Shown: in pieces, positions 1 through 9,420 of the stretch | How the letters are laid out: each line of letters opens with the position of its first letter | Position numbering within the stretch: the stretch's first letter is position 1 | Origin: a virus | Taxonomy: Duplodnaviria; Caudoviricetes | IMG/VR virus record: IMGVR_UViG_3300027817_000001 | Coordinates: 793-64,792 of that record | DNA: 64,000 nucleotides | Strand: one strand, 5' to 3' | Program-made: the position numbers and the translations under genes | The notes under the pieces: model-generated | The model's database searches: none | Seen by the model: the letters and a program-made list of their open reading frames with translations, nothing else | What the model was told of the DNA's origin: nothing

Positions 1-1
1 G

Positions 2-592
2 CCCGTTGCCGAAAAGCCAGCCGATCCCGCGGCTGCGGCCGTCGATGCCGCCGCTGCAGCTGCGGAGCCGGTCAAGCTCGAACCGGTGGTCTACGAATAC
101 GCGCTGCCCGAGACCATCAAGCTCGACGACACCGCCAAGACCGAGTTGCACACTGCGCTCGATGCGTTCCGCGCCGACCCGTCCAAGGGCGCGCAAGGCC
201 TGATCGACCTGCACAACAAGTCGATGCAGGAATACGCCGACAGCCTGGCACGTGACCAATGGACCAAGTTCGGCGAGACCCGCAAGGGCTGGCAGACCCA
301 GGTCATGGCCGACGAAGAGCTCGGCGGTGCAGGATATGAGACCAGCATGGGCGCGGTGGCGCGGATGCGCGATCTCCTGGTGCCAGCGTGGCGGCGGGAC
401 GCCTTCGACGAGATGCTGACCATCACCGGCGTCGGCGACCACCCCGAATTTCTGCGCCTGCTGCACAACGCGGCGCGAATCTACGACGAGGCGCCGATGC
501 CGCCCCCAGGGCCGCGTCCTCCCGCCGACATCGGAAAGCCGCAGGGTCGTGGCCTGCGCGGTCTCTATCGTTCCAACCAGGGCCGCCAGTAG
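2..592 (+). CDS. capsid scaffolding protein (5' partial)
   Basis: Frame open from window start; Ala/Pro-rich N-terminus; helical ...GVGDHPEFLRLL motif typical of BPP-1/epsilon15-like scaffolds; directly upstream of the major capsid gene. Confidence 0.75.
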   Translation, partial: PVAEKPADPAAAAVDAAAAAAEPVKLEPVVYEYALPETIKLDDTAKTELHTALDAFRADPSKGAQGLIDLHNKSMQEYADSLARDQWTKFGETRKGWQTQVMADEELGGAGYETSMGAVARMRDLLVPAWRRDAFDEMLTITGVGDHPEFLRLLHNAARIYDEAPMPPPGPRPPADIGKPQGRGLRGLYRSNQGRQ

Positions 593-616
593 TGCCCACG
601 ACACTAGGAGCTTGAC

Positions 617-1663
617 ATGGCAACTGGCCAATGGCCAACACTTTCGGATGTGGCCACCCGCACCGATCCCGCCGGCGACATGCATGTCATCGCGGAAATG
701 CTCTCGCAGTCCATCGCGCTGGCGAAAGACCTGTATATGGTCGAGTCGAGCGAGATGTTCGGGCACGAGTTCGCGTTCCGCACGTCGATCCCGGCTGGCT
801 CCTGGCGCCAGATCAACCAGGGCGTCCCCTACAGCAAGTCGACCACCGCGAAGTCCCGCGTCGGCCTCGGCACGCTGGAGGATTATTCCCAGGTCGACCG
901 CCTGCTCGCCGAGGGCAGCGGCAACACCGAGCGCTTCCGTGAAACCGAGGACGTCGCGTTCCTCGAGGGCATGGGGCAGACGGTCGAACAGACCGCATGG
1001 TACGGCAACACGTCGGTCAACCCGGCACAGTTCCAGGGCCTTTCGACCTTCTACAACACCGTTGCGACCGCGAACGCGCAGAACGCCGCGAACGTGATCG
1101 ACGGCGGCGGCACCGGCAACTCGAACACATCGATCTGGCTGCTGTGCCACGGCGCGCGAACCTTCCACGGCCTCTACCCGCGGTCGACCAAGGCCGGGCT
1201 GTCCATGGAGGACAAGGGCGACACGGTTCCGGGCTTCGATTCGCTCGGCAACCGGTTCGAGGCCTATACCTCGTGGTTCCGGCACATGATCGGCATCGTG
1301 CCGATCGACTGGCGGTATTGCGCGCGCGTCGCCAACCTCGACGTGACCAACGCCGGCTTGGCAGGGCCGAATGCCTACGACATCTTCGCCGGCATTCGCC
1401 AGCTCTTGCTGCTGCCGCCGACCCTGACGTCCGAGTCGTCCGGCATCACCGAAGTCGATGCACCGGATGATCCGGCACCGGGCATCCGGCCCGTGATCTA
1501 CACCAACCGCACCGGCCGGCACTGGATGGACGTACAGGCCATGCGCGACCGGAACGTGCTGCTCCGGCTCGAGGACTACGCCGGCAAGCCCTGCGACGGG
1601 ATCAACGGAATTCCGATCAAAATTAGCGACCAACTTTTGACCACAGAAAATCGAGTGGTCTAA
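617..1663 (+). CDS. major capsid protein (BPP-1 Bbp17/epsilon15 gp7-like)
   Basis: 348 aa; AGGAG RBS; motifs RTSIPAGSWRQINQG, LEDYSQVD, IDGGGTGNSNTSIWL, DWRYCARVANLD, GIPIKISDQL. Confidence 0.92.
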   Translation: MATGQWPTLSDVATRTDPAGDMHVIAEMLSQSIALAKDLYMVESSEMFGHEFAFRTSIPAGSWRQINQGVPYSKSTTAKSRVGLGTLEDYSQVDRLLAEGSGNTERFRETEDVAFLEGMGQTVEQTAWYGNTSVNPAQFQGLSTFYNTVATANAQNAANVIDGGGTGNSNTSIWLLCHGARTFHGLYPRSTKAGLSMEDKGDTVPGFDSLGNRFEAYTSWFRHMIGIVPIDWRYCARVANLDVTNAGLAGPNAYDIFAGIRQLLLLPPTLTSESSGITEVDAPDDPAPGIRPVIYTNRTGRHWMDVQAMRDRNVLLRLEDYAGKPCDGINGIPIKISDQLLTTENRVV

Positions 1664-1671
1664 TCAAGGAC

Positions 1672-2418
1672 TTAGAGAAGTCGTCCATGTTTACGAGCCC
1701 ATTCCATCGCATCATTCGCTCCTTTGCTGGCGTTGCATCGCCGGCAGAGCAGTTGAAGATTGGGACGGTCATTCCTGCCGCCGAGCAGGATGGGCTTGAT
1801 GTGGTCGACTTCCATCTTGGTCTTTCGTCGGCACCACGCGCATTTTCCCTTTTGAAGGATGCGCAACTCGGCAATGTCTTCTGCCGTGAAGGTTCCGCCG
1901 TTGCTGTTGCGTCGCGCGCGGTAGTTTTGAGTGATGATCACTTGGCTGGCCCTAACGTGCTCAATATTGGCTTCGCGCCAAGCCTTCATCGCAGCTTTCA
2001 CTCGCTCCGGATTCTTGTCCGCCCACCGCTTGACCTCGGCGCGATGGCCGGTCGGGTCGGCTGCGCGTCGGCGTCGCGCGCCAGCGGCCATATGGCCGGG
2101 GTTTCGGTCGTTCCATCGTTTGCATCGGTCAATCGAGCATTGCACGCAGATGCCGTTCGAGACGAAACGCTTGTCGTGGCCGTGCTTGCAGGCTTTGCCG
2201 GTCGCGTAATGCAGATCGCCGACCGCGCGCGCCGCGACACGGTTCGGATGCTCTGGTCGCTTGGCTGCAGAACTCAGCGTGTTGCGCACGGCGCAGGTCG
2301 AGCACAGGCCATTGGCTGTGTATCGCTTGACGATGTGCCCGTTTCGGCACGGTTTGCCGGTGAAGTAGAATCGTTCTCCCGCCGCACGTGCGGCCTCTCG
2401 CTCTGGTACCCGCTTCAT
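1672..2418 (-). CDS. HNH endonuclease with two N-terminal Cys/His zinc-finger repeats
   Basis: Two repeats of Y-TGK-C--GH---R---NG-C--C; C-terminal CAWC...VDHIKP..LGGRNDRPNLQLLCRRCNASK; GGAGG before ATG 2418; antisense to late operon. Confidence 0.88.
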   Translation of the reverse strand: MKRVPEREAARAAGERFYFTGKPCRNGHIVKRYTANGLCSTCAVRNTLSSAAKRPEHPNRVAARAVGDLHYATGKACKHGHDKRFVSNGICVQCSIDRCKRWNDRNPGHMAAGARRRRAADPTGHRAEVKRWADKNPERVKAAMKAWREANIEHVRASQVIITQNYRARRNSNGGTFTAEDIAELRILQKGKCAWCRRKTKMEVDHIKPILLGGRNDRPNLQLLCRRCNASKGANDAMEWARKHGRLL

Positions 2419-2477
2419 CGGCCCTCCGGTGTGTCGAGTATCTTGATAGCTCAACCGGCCTGAAAGGAACAGAGCCT

Positions 2478-3065
2478 ATGATCACCGATGCACTTCTTGC
2501 CTTCGTCCCGCTGGGCGCGCCGCTGTCCCTGGTCGGCGCGGCCGGCGTCGCCATTCCGTCGTCCCAGATCATCGACCTGCTCGGCGCCGGTGTCGGCGTC
2601 AACCCCGCTGCTGCAGGGCAGATCTGGGGCAACACCACGAACTTCGGCCAGGCCGATGCGATGGGTGTCGGCAACCAACGACCCGAACTCAACGTCACGG
2701 TGGGCACCGCGCTCGCTGGCGCGGCGGGCCTGACGCTGAACGTGAAGCTGCAGGGCGCGCCCGATCCTGGCGCGGCCGGCAACTGGACGCCGACCAACGC
2801 CTCGTTCGTCAACCTGGGCGGACAGGACGGCATCACCCTGGCACAGGGCGCGGCCGGTACCGTCATTGCCCGCCTGCCCTGGCTGCCGCCGTTCCCGGTC
2901 AACCTGCGCCCGCGCTTCCTTCGCCTGCTGTTCTCGCCGGTGTCGAACGGCGGCGCCGATCCGTCCGGTGCGTTCACGGCCGGTACGATCGCCTCCGCGT
3001 TGGTGGTGATGAGCCGCGACGACTATTTCGCCTCGCAGCAGCCGCGGAATTTCACCGTCTCGTAA
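2478..3065 (+). CDS. capsid cement protein (Bbp16-like)
   Basis: Starts MITDALL; beta-rich; ends with RFLRL motif; follows major capsid gene. Confidence 0.75.
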   Translation: MITDALLAFVPLGAPLSLVGAAGVAIPSSQIIDLLGAGVGVNPAAAGQIWGNTTNFGQADAMGVGNQRPELNVTVGTALAGAAGLTLNVKLQGAPDPGAAGNWTPTNASFVNLGGQDGITLAQGAAGTVIARLPWLPPFPVNLRPRFLRLLFSPVSNGGADPSGAFTAGTIASALVVMSRDDYFASQQPRNFTVS

Positions 3066-3081
3066 CAGGCGGTCCATCTCG

Positions 3082-3104
3082 GGGACGCCGATGATCGGCG
3101 TCCC
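3082..3104 (+). terminator. GC-rich hairpin after cement gene (possible terminator or processing site)
   Basis: gggacgccga-tga-tcggcgtccc 10-bp stem, weak U-tract. Confidence 0.45.
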
Positions 3105-3127
3105 ATTATCCGTAAGGGACAATGGTT

Positions 3128-3949
3128 ATGACCGAAGAAGTTGCCCAAAAGAGCAAGGCGGGACGCAAGTCTCGCGCCACGATCGAAGCCGAGATGACCA
3201 GTTCACCATCGTTTCAGGCCGCGGTGCAGGCCGCGGTGCAGGAGCAAATCGCCTCGCTGATCCCGCAGCTGCAGGCCGCGCGTGCCATTGCCGGCACCGC
3301 GCCGGAAGCCAACGACATGAGCCAGATGCAGGCGCTCGCCCTGGCGATCTCCGAACTCACCACGCAGGGCACCGGCAAGGTCCGCGTCGCGCCCGAGGTG
3401 CTGATGAAGCGTGAGCAGGCCCGCGAGCGGATGACCAAGCTGATCATCGCGGCGCGCGCCGAGAAGAAGGTCCCGACCTATCAGCTCCGGAACAAGGTGC
3501 TGCTCAACGAGCGGCTGATCGAGCCGATGTGGAGCGGTTCCGATCACGTTGCGCGGCCGACCGAGATCGATTTCTGGGGCGTCCCGAACGACGCCATGGT
3601 GCCGGTCAACGACGTGGCGAAGGAGATCTTCACCGCATTCAAGGATTCGGTCGGCTCGGTGCACGGCGTCAAGGGCGTCGAGAACGGTCTGCCGAAGGAG
3701 GACGATCTCGGCATCACCCGTGGCGGATTGGTGGTGCGCAACACCGCGATCAACTCCGGCATCCGCAAGGCCACGCCGGAGCGTCCCGCATGGGAAGGCC
3801 CGATGCCGGCCTATGAGGACGAGGCGCCGCAGACCACCGGCGATCCGGCCCACGAGCCGCTGCGGGTGCACAACGACACGGCGAAGGGCAAGTTCTCGCC
3901 CGTAAACGTGCTCGGCACCATTCAGCCGCCAGCCCAGCAGACGGTGTAA
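3128..3949 (+). CDS. hypothetical head-module protein
   Basis: GC3-rich ORF, AAGGGA RBS, co-oriented in structural operon. Confidence 0.7.
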   Translation: MTEEVAQKSKAGRKSRATIEAEMTSSPSFQAAVQAAVQEQIASLIPQLQAARAIAGTAPEANDMSQMQALALAISELTTQGTGKVRVAPEVLMKREQARERMTKLIIAARAEKKVPTYQLRNKVLLNERLIEPMWSGSDHVARPTEIDFWGVPNDAMVPVNDVAKEIFTAFKDSVGSVHGVKGVENGLPKEDDLGITRGGLVVRNTAINSGIRKATPERPAWEGPMPAYEDEAPQTTGDPAHEPLRVHNDTAKGKFSPVNVLGTIQPPAQQTV

Positions 3950-3952
3950 CGG

Positions 3953-4852
3953 ATGGGTCAAGCAGCTCCCGAAGGCGTCGGCGGCTCTGGTCTCCCCCCC
4001 GCGGGAGACCAAGCCAATGCGGTGGTCACCGGCACGATTGTCGGGGTCGGGCCAACGCAGCCGTTTGCCTTCCGGGGGCCGATGAACGTCGCCGCATGGG
4101 GCTCGGTCCTGGCTTCGCTCACCACCACGGCAGGGTCGTTGACCGCGGGCGTGGCATCGGCCACCGGGATCGCGGCGGGATATGCGATCAATAGCGTCAA
4201 CGTCCCGCGCGGCACGACGGTCGGCGTGCTGGCCGGCACCGTCGTGACGCTGGCCGTGCCGCCGATCACGCTGCGCGGCCGCGCCGATGGTGTTGACGGC
4301 AACGTCACCATCGCGAACGCGCCTGGCGGGCCGACGATGGCGTCGCTGGTCGGCGCACTGGTTTCCGCCGATCCGCGCTTGGGCGTGCCTGTCGGCACCA
4401 CGGTGCTGCGTGTTATGCGCGAGAAGGTCGACCCGACCAGCCTGACGCCGGGCGTCGACGGCATCGTGACGCTGTCGAACCCGCCAACCCCGCTGACCGC
4501 GTTCAAGCAGCAGGCTTTCAATTTCTTCAGCTTCGTGAGGAACGGCAATGCGATCACCGCGACCGGCGCTGACGCGGCCGCGATCTTCACCGGGGCCGGG
4601 GTGAACTTCACCGGATCGATCCAGCTCGAGCGCAGCTTTGACGGCGGCCAGACCTGGCTGGTGTGCAATATCGGGGGCGGCGGGACGCTGGCGATCTACA
4701 ACGCCGGCACGCCGGTGAACCTGACCTTTGGCGAGCCGGAGAAGCAGGTGCTGTACCGCTGGAACTGCACGGCGCTGGGCGCCGGCGTGATCAACTATCG
4801 ACTGTCGGAGACCGGCGGAGCTGCCGAGTCGCTGGCGATGCAACTGATCTGA
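3953..4852 (+). CDS. putative head decoration/fibre protein
   Basis: Beta-rich, Gly/Thr-rich; C-terminal FTGSIQLERSFDGGQTW motif common in virion proteins. Confidence 0.6.
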   Translation: MGQAAPEGVGGSGLPPAGDQANAVVTGTIVGVGPTQPFAFRGPMNVAAWGSVLASLTTTAGSLTAGVASATGIAAGYAINSVNVPRGTTVGVLAGTVVTLAVPPITLRGRADGVDGNVTIANAPGGPTMASLVGALVSADPRLGVPVGTTVLRVMREKVDPTSLTPGVDGIVTLSNPPTPLTAFKQQAFNFFSFVRNGNAITATGADAAAIFTGAGVNFTGSIQLERSFDGGQTWLVCNIGGGGTLAIYNAGTPVNLTFGEPEKQVLYRWNCTALGAGVINYRLSETGGAAESLAMQLI

Positions 4853-4862
4853 GGAGATGGTG

Positions 4863-5234
4863 ATGAAGAAGGTTCTTGGGTTTCTGGCGATCGCCATCCT
4901 GATGGGCGTTGGCGCCGCGCTGGCGCAGACCGGCGGGTTCGGAGCAATCCAGACGTCGCCGGTTGTCGTGCCCGGCTTCATCGACTTCAACGCCGGCCCG
5001 CAGGCCTCGGCGATCCGCGCGACCGGCGGCACGTTCACCTGCACATCGGCAGGAACCATTGTGGTGCCCGCTGCTGCGGTTACCACCAACTCGGTCGTCA
5101 TCACGTCGCTGAAGTCGGCGACGAGCGCGGCCACGGCTGCGGTCTACATGTCCGCCCTCACCGTCGGTACGGGCTTCACTGTGAAGTGCAGCACTTCCGA
5201 CGTTTCGGTCTACAATTACTGGATCTTGGGTTAA
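4863..5234 (+). CDS. signal-peptide-bearing beta-rich virion-associated protein
   Basis: MKKVLGFLAIAILMGVGAALA|Q Sec signal; GAGGAG RBS; two Cys. Confidence 0.7.
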   Translation: MKKVLGFLAIAILMGVGAALAQTGGFGAIQTSPVVVPGFIDFNAGPQASAIRATGGTFTCTSAGTIVVPAAAVTTNSVVITSLKSATSAATAAVYMSALTVGTGFTVKCSTSDVSVYNYWILG

Positions 5235-5261
5235 CGGCCGCAGGGCCTGAAGGAGAGAGCT

Positions 5262-5759
5262 ATGCGCATTCACAAGGGTATCCTCGCCGCGGGAATCGCC
5301 GCTGTCATGGCCGGCCTGGGCTTCGCCGCGATGGCGCAGTCCGCCAATCCGCTGGTCTCGGCGATCGGGCAGGCCGACCAGGTCCAGATCATCCCCGGAG
5401 GCATCGCTTCGGCGCGCAGCACTTACGGGAACGCGGGTTGGGTCGGCGGCTTGGAGCAGTATTCGTTCCAGGTGCCGCTGACCGGCTTCGCGATCACCAT
5501 TCCGAACCACACCTCGTTGATGATGATCAACCCGGCCGGCACGCTCGCCACCGGCACGTTCACCATGGAACCCAATCCGAGCGATGGGCAGCGCGTGTGC
5601 ATCGTGAGCACCCAAACGCAGACGGCCGTCACGATTGCTGCAAATACCGGGCAGACAATCGGTGGACTTGCCGTTCCTGCCGCTGGCACCGCCAACGTTC
5701 GCATGTGCTTTACCTACATCGCCAGCACGGCGACGTGGTATCACTACACGATGAACTGA
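5262..5759 (+). CDS. signal-peptide-bearing fibre-tip-like protein
   Basis: MRIHKGILAAGIAAVMAGLGFAAMA|Q; INPAGTLATGT..P..DGQ motif seen in phage fibre proteins. Confidence 0.7.
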   Translation: MRIHKGILAAGIAAVMAGLGFAAMAQSANPLVSAIGQADQVQIIPGGIASARSTYGNAGWVGGLEQYSFQVPLTGFAITIPNHTSLMMINPAGTLATGTFTMEPNPSDGQRVCIVSTQTQTAVTIAANTGQTIGGLAVPAAGTANVRMCFTYIASTATWYHYTMN

Positions 5760-5760
5760 T

Positions 5761-5934
5761 ATGCCTCCAGTCTCGCAAGCGCAGCGCCGTTGGGCGTTTG
5801 CGAACAAGGACAAGGACACGAAGGAAGGGCGCGCGGCGAAGGAGTTCGCCGACGCCGATCCGGGCGGCAAGCTGCCGGAGAAGAAGAAGCCGAAGAAGCT
5901 GCGCGACATGTACAAGGGCAAGTCCGATGGCTGA
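5761..5934 (+). CDS. small basic protein (57 aa)
   Basis: MPPVSQAQRRWAFANKDK...KEFADADPGGKLPEKK; GC3-rich; below ORF-track cut-off. Confidence 0.7.
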   Translation: MPPVSQAQRRWAFANKDKDTKEGRAAKEFADADPGGKLPEKKKPKKLRDMYKGKSDG

Positions 5935-6127
5935 CTGGATCAAGAAGGGCGCTTCGAAGCACCCTGGCGCCTTCAAGAAGAAGGCCGAGGCCGCCGGCGA
6001 GACCACGCGCGAGTTCGCCAAGGAAAAGGCCGATGCGCCCGGCAAGCTCGGCAAAGAGGCGCGATTCGCGGAGAACGCAATGGGCGCGGCGCGGAAGTCG
6101 CGGCTGCCCTACAAACGGAAGGACTGA
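5927..6127 (+). CDS. small basic protein (WI-K-PGA family)
   Basis: MADWIKKGASKHPGAFKKK; overlaps previous stop. Confidence 0.7.
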   Translation: MADWIKKGASKHPGAFKKKAEAAGETTREFAKEKADAPGKLGKEARFAENAMGAARKSRLPYKRKD

Positions 6128-6130
6128 TCC

Positions 6131-6502
6131 ATGGCTGAAGGTGAGAAGAAAAAGGGCGGTCTCCGCGGCATGTACGGCAAGGGCAAGGGCGAGAAGAAGC
6201 CCGAGCCCAAGAAGGAGGCCGAGTCCAAGCCGAAGGGCGGCGAGGAGAAGCCGGCCGGCGGCGAGATGTCGCCGATGATGGCTGCCCATAAAAGGCACGA
6301 GGCCGAGCGCCGCGACATGCACGGTACGCACCGAGAAGAGCACCGTAAGATGGCCGCTCGCCATGAGAAGGAGCTGAAGGAGGCCGCCGCGATGCAGGAG
6401 GCCCAGGCCAGCCAGGCCGCGCCGGCCCCGGGATCCGGTGATGCGCCCGCCGCTCCCGCCGCCGGTGGCGTCCCGGTTGCCGCCGCGCCGGCAGGAGCGT
6501 AG
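6131..6502 (+). CDS. Lys/Glu/His-rich hypothetical protein
   Basis: AAGGA RBS; HE-E-R-MH helical repeats. Confidence 0.7.
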   Translation: MAEGEKKKGGLRGMYGKGKGEKKPEPKKEAESKPKGGEEKPAGGEMSPMMAAHKRHEAERRDMHGTHREEHRKMAARHEKELKEAAAMQEAQASQAAPAPGSGDAPAAPAAGGVPVAAAPAGA

Positions 6503-6505
6503 CCC

Positions 6506-6802
6506 ATGGCCGGCTGGTCCAAAATGGTGTCGATGGAGCTCGACGACGAAGACAAGCTCGACTTCTGCTCGCCGATCCCGTGCGACCGGCCGGATTATCC
6601 CTATGGTCTCCGCATCACGTTTTGCGACAAGGAGCTAAAAAAGCTCGGATTGTCGAAACCTGACATCGGCGACATGATCGATATGCGGGCCTTCGGCGTT
6701 GTCACGTCATGCTCATCTGAGCAGGTCGAGGGGGGTGAGGAGCGGGTTCGGGTTGAAATCCAGATCCAGCGCATCTCCGTCGAGAACGAAGCCAACGAAT
6801 AG
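6506..6802 (+). CDS. capsid staple protein (epsilon15 gp10-like)
   Basis: YPYGLRI...ELKKLG and VEIQI motifs. Confidence 0.7.
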   Translation: MAGWSKMVSMELDDEDKLDFCSPIPCDRPDYPYGLRITFCDKELKKLGLSKPDIGDMIDMRAFGVVTSCSSEQVEGGEERVRVEIQIQRISVENEANE

Positions 6803-6812
6803 GAGACTACCC

Positions 6813-7349
6813 ATGCCGCTGCCACGCGATTACTTCACTCTCAACGACGACCAGTTCAACAAGCTCGTCGAGCTTCTGACGCCCGGCTACCAGCTCGCGC
6901 AGTCCTACCTGGCCGACCTGAACCATCGCCGGACCGTCGAGGCCCAGCGGCAGGCCGAGGATGCGGCGAAGGCCGAGGCCGACGAGCGCGCGCGCCTGCT
7001 GTCCGAGGACAATGCACGCGTTGCGGCGCAGCAGCGGACCGAGGCGGACGCCCTGGCCGCGGACCGGCGCAGGCAGGCCGAGATCGAGGCGCAGCAGCGC
7101 GCCGAGGCCCAGGCCAGCGAGGAAGAGCGGGAAGCCGCGCTCCGGACCCAGCGCGAGGAAGCCGAGCGCATCGAGGCGGAAGCGGCGACCCAGCGCGGGC
7201 AGATCGCGGAGCAATCCGCAGTCGCGCGCGAGCAGCGGACCGCGACCGAGACGGCCGAGTTTAACGCTGAACACGAACACGAAAAGGCCATGGCTGCCCA
7301 AGGATCGACTGCCAACCGGCAGCTCACGCCGGGCGCCATCGTCGAATAA
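6813..7349 (+). CDS. coiled-coil hypothetical protein
   Basis: AGGAG RBS; EAQR-rich helical repeats. Confidence 0.7.
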   Translation: MPLPRDYFTLNDDQFNKLVELLTPGYQLAQSYLADLNHRRTVEAQRQAEDAAKAEADERARLLSEDNARVAAQQRTEADALAADRRRQAEIEAQQRAEAQASEEEREAALRTQREEAERIEAEAATQRGQIAEQSAVAREQRTATETAEFNAEHEHEKAMAAQGSTANRQLTPGAIVE

Positions 7350-7377
7350 TTGCGAATCAGACCTTGGGGTGGGGAAT

Positions 7378-9420
7378 ATGACGCGTTTCGTCCGTTCGAT
7401 CTGCGCCGCCGTGGCCTTGCTGGCCTCGGCGGCTTCCGCTTTTGGGCAGTCCTCAATCCTGCAGGGCGGGCCATGGGTGCCGGGCCACGCGCCGATGTAC
7501 GTCGGACAGGGCATGAGCCAGCCGATCGTGCAGGACAGTGGCGCAGCCGGCTCTCCGACGGCCGGCATGGGGCTTTCCGAGCTTCTGATGGTGGCCCGCG
7601 GCACCGGGACTGGGCCGTATCCTGGTCAAGGCACTGGCCCGCTCGGCACGATCAACTGTGAATATGACGGGCCGGCGCCGAACAACCATTATCTGTGTTT
7701 CTCGCCGAATGCCCAGGGCGGCGCGCTGATCGCGACCGGGGCGAGTGGCACGGCCACGGCGCAGCCGCTGTGCTTCAACGTCAATGGGGCTCCGTTCTGT
7801 CTCGGCGGCGGCAGCGGAACGGCGATCGCCACCTACACCGCGCCGACCGTGGTGGGCGTCTTCCCGTGCTGGAGCACGACGAGCGGCAACCTCGCGGGGT
7901 GCTCGAACGGCGCTGCCACGCTGGTCGGCAATCCATCGGCATCCCCCGGCAACCCTGTGGCGTTCACCATCCCGAGCCTGCCAGCTCGCGGCGCGCCGGA
8001 TGCGAACAACGACAAAATACCGATCCAAAATAACTCGACTGGCGCCATCAATTACGTGACGCCAGGTCAGATTGCGGTTTCGGCGACGGCTGGCGTGTCA
8101 TCGCTCGGCGGAGTTACGGGGGCGATCACGCTCGGCTCCAACATGCAGATTGTCGGACAGCAGCTCAACGCTGTGGTGGGCGGCTCAAGCGGGCAGATCC
8201 TCTACAACAACGCTGGCGTGTTCGGAGGATTCACTGCTGGTGGCGACTGCACGGTGGTGCCATCCACCGGCGTCTTTACTTGCCTGAAGGTCAATGGTGT
8301 GAATTTCGGCACCTTTGCCACGGCGAATGCCGCGACGCCGCCCGCGATCGGCGGCACCACGCCTGCCGCTGGATCGTTCTCCAGCCTGACCGACACTGGC
8401 ATCACCGGGTCGACGCAGTGTGTGCAGGCTAATTCCAGTGGCACCTTTGCTGGCGCTGGGGCTGGATGTGTGAGCCTAAGCGGCAACAATGCATGGACTG
8501 GCAACAATTACTTCGGCGGCATCCCTCTGTTCGACGTTCTCTCTGCAGCCCATGGATGCGCCGCAGCCGATCCGACAGGAACAACCGATTCGACTGCGTC
8601 GATTCAGTGCCACATTGATTATTTGAACAGCACTTATGCTGGCGGCATTGTTTGGTTGTCACCTGGAAATTATCTGGCTGCATCAACGATCCATGTCTCC
8701 GGCGGAGTTTGGATCAAGGGTGCCAGCATTGACAGTGCCGCCATTCATACGAACACCGATACTAACGTTTTGTCCTTTTATATCACCGGAGGGACATGCC
8801 CTTCGGGGGGCATGAATGCCGGTCTCGATAATATCAGCGTCTATGGCTACCAAAATGCAGGTGCAGGGCAGCCAACGGTCAAGGTTGGTGCGAATTGTCT
8901 CGTCAACTTCTACAGCAGCAGGCTGTGGTTTGGTGCACAGGGACTTAATACGGCAGGGACTGATGGCTTATGCTTCAATACGACCATCGCCGGATACACA
9001 GAAAATGTGTTTAGCTCTGGGTCGAATTGGTATGTACGCTGTAAGCTTGACTCGATTTCGACTGGAATACCGTCTTTTTCCTCATTCGTTCAGGGAGCCA
9101 ATGCTGCTGGCTTGGCTGTCGCTGAAAACTACTTTGAGGAGACTGATTTGTCAGTGGCTGGATCTGGCGCGACATGGTCTCTTTTCTATGATGACGTGAA
9201 TGGGAATGGCTACCTGAAGTTTGTCAACTCAATCTTTGATAGCCCGGTTCTTATCAACCACGTAGCTAAAGCCATGATGGTTTCGGCAACGTTTGGCTCG
9301 ACGGTCGCCCACAATTCAGGCTCAATGTCAGTTGTCGGATCAACATCCATCTCCGGATCGTTGACAATTACGGGGGCTGGCGGAAGATCCTGCGCAGGAA
9401 ATTTAGGAATCACCTGTTAG
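7378..9420 (+). CDS. tail spike/fibre with N-terminal signal peptide and C-terminal pectate-lyase-like beta-helix
   Basis: MTRFVRSICAAVALLASAASAFG|Q; ADPTGTTDSTASIQ...GGIVWLSPGNY beta-helix entry motif; many Cys; lower-GC 3' half. Confidence 0.75.
   Translation: MTRFVRSICAAVALLASAASAFGQSSILQGGPWVPGHAPMYVGQGMSQPIVQDSGAAGSPTAGMGLSELLMVARGTGTGPYPGQGTGPLGTINCEYDGPAPNNHYLCFSPNAQGGALIATGASGTATAQPLCFNVNGAPFCLGGGSGTAIATYTAPTVVGVFPCWSTTSGNLAGCSNGAATLVGNPSASPGNPVAFTIPSLPARGAPDANNDKIPIQNNSTGAINYVTPGQIAVSATAGVSSLGGVTGAITLGSNMQIVGQQLNAVVGGSSGQILYNNAGVFGGFTAGGDCTVVPSTGVFTCLKVNGVNFGTFATANAATPPAIGGTTPAAGSFSSLTDTGITGSTQCVQANSSGTFAGAGAGCVSLSGNNAWTGNNYFGGIPLFDVLSAAHGCAAADPTGTTDSTASIQCHIDYLNSTYAGGIVWLSPGNYLAASTIHVSGGVWIKGASIDSAAIHTNTDTNVLSFYITGGTCPSGGMNAGLDNISVYGYQNAGAGQPTVKVGANCLVNFYSSRLWFGAQGLNTAGTDGLCFNTTIAGYTENVFSSGSNWYVRCKLDSISTGIPSFSSFVQGANAAGLAVAENYFEETDLSVAGSGATWSLFYDDVNGNGYLKFVNSIFDSPVLINHVAKAMMVSATFGSTVAHNSGSMSVVGSTSISGSLTITGAGGRSCAGNLGITC

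Noticed and set aside
1687-2463. 258-aa plus-strand ORF between capsid and cement genes
   Set aside because: Antisense shadow of the HNH gene, which has clear motifs and an RBS
3203-5134. 643-aa minus-strand ORF and similar long antisense ORFs (20755..22779, 59161..60987, 19025..20509, 56076..57182)
   Set aside because: Shadow frames of GC-rich genes; no RBS or promoter, Arg/His-rich nonsense composition
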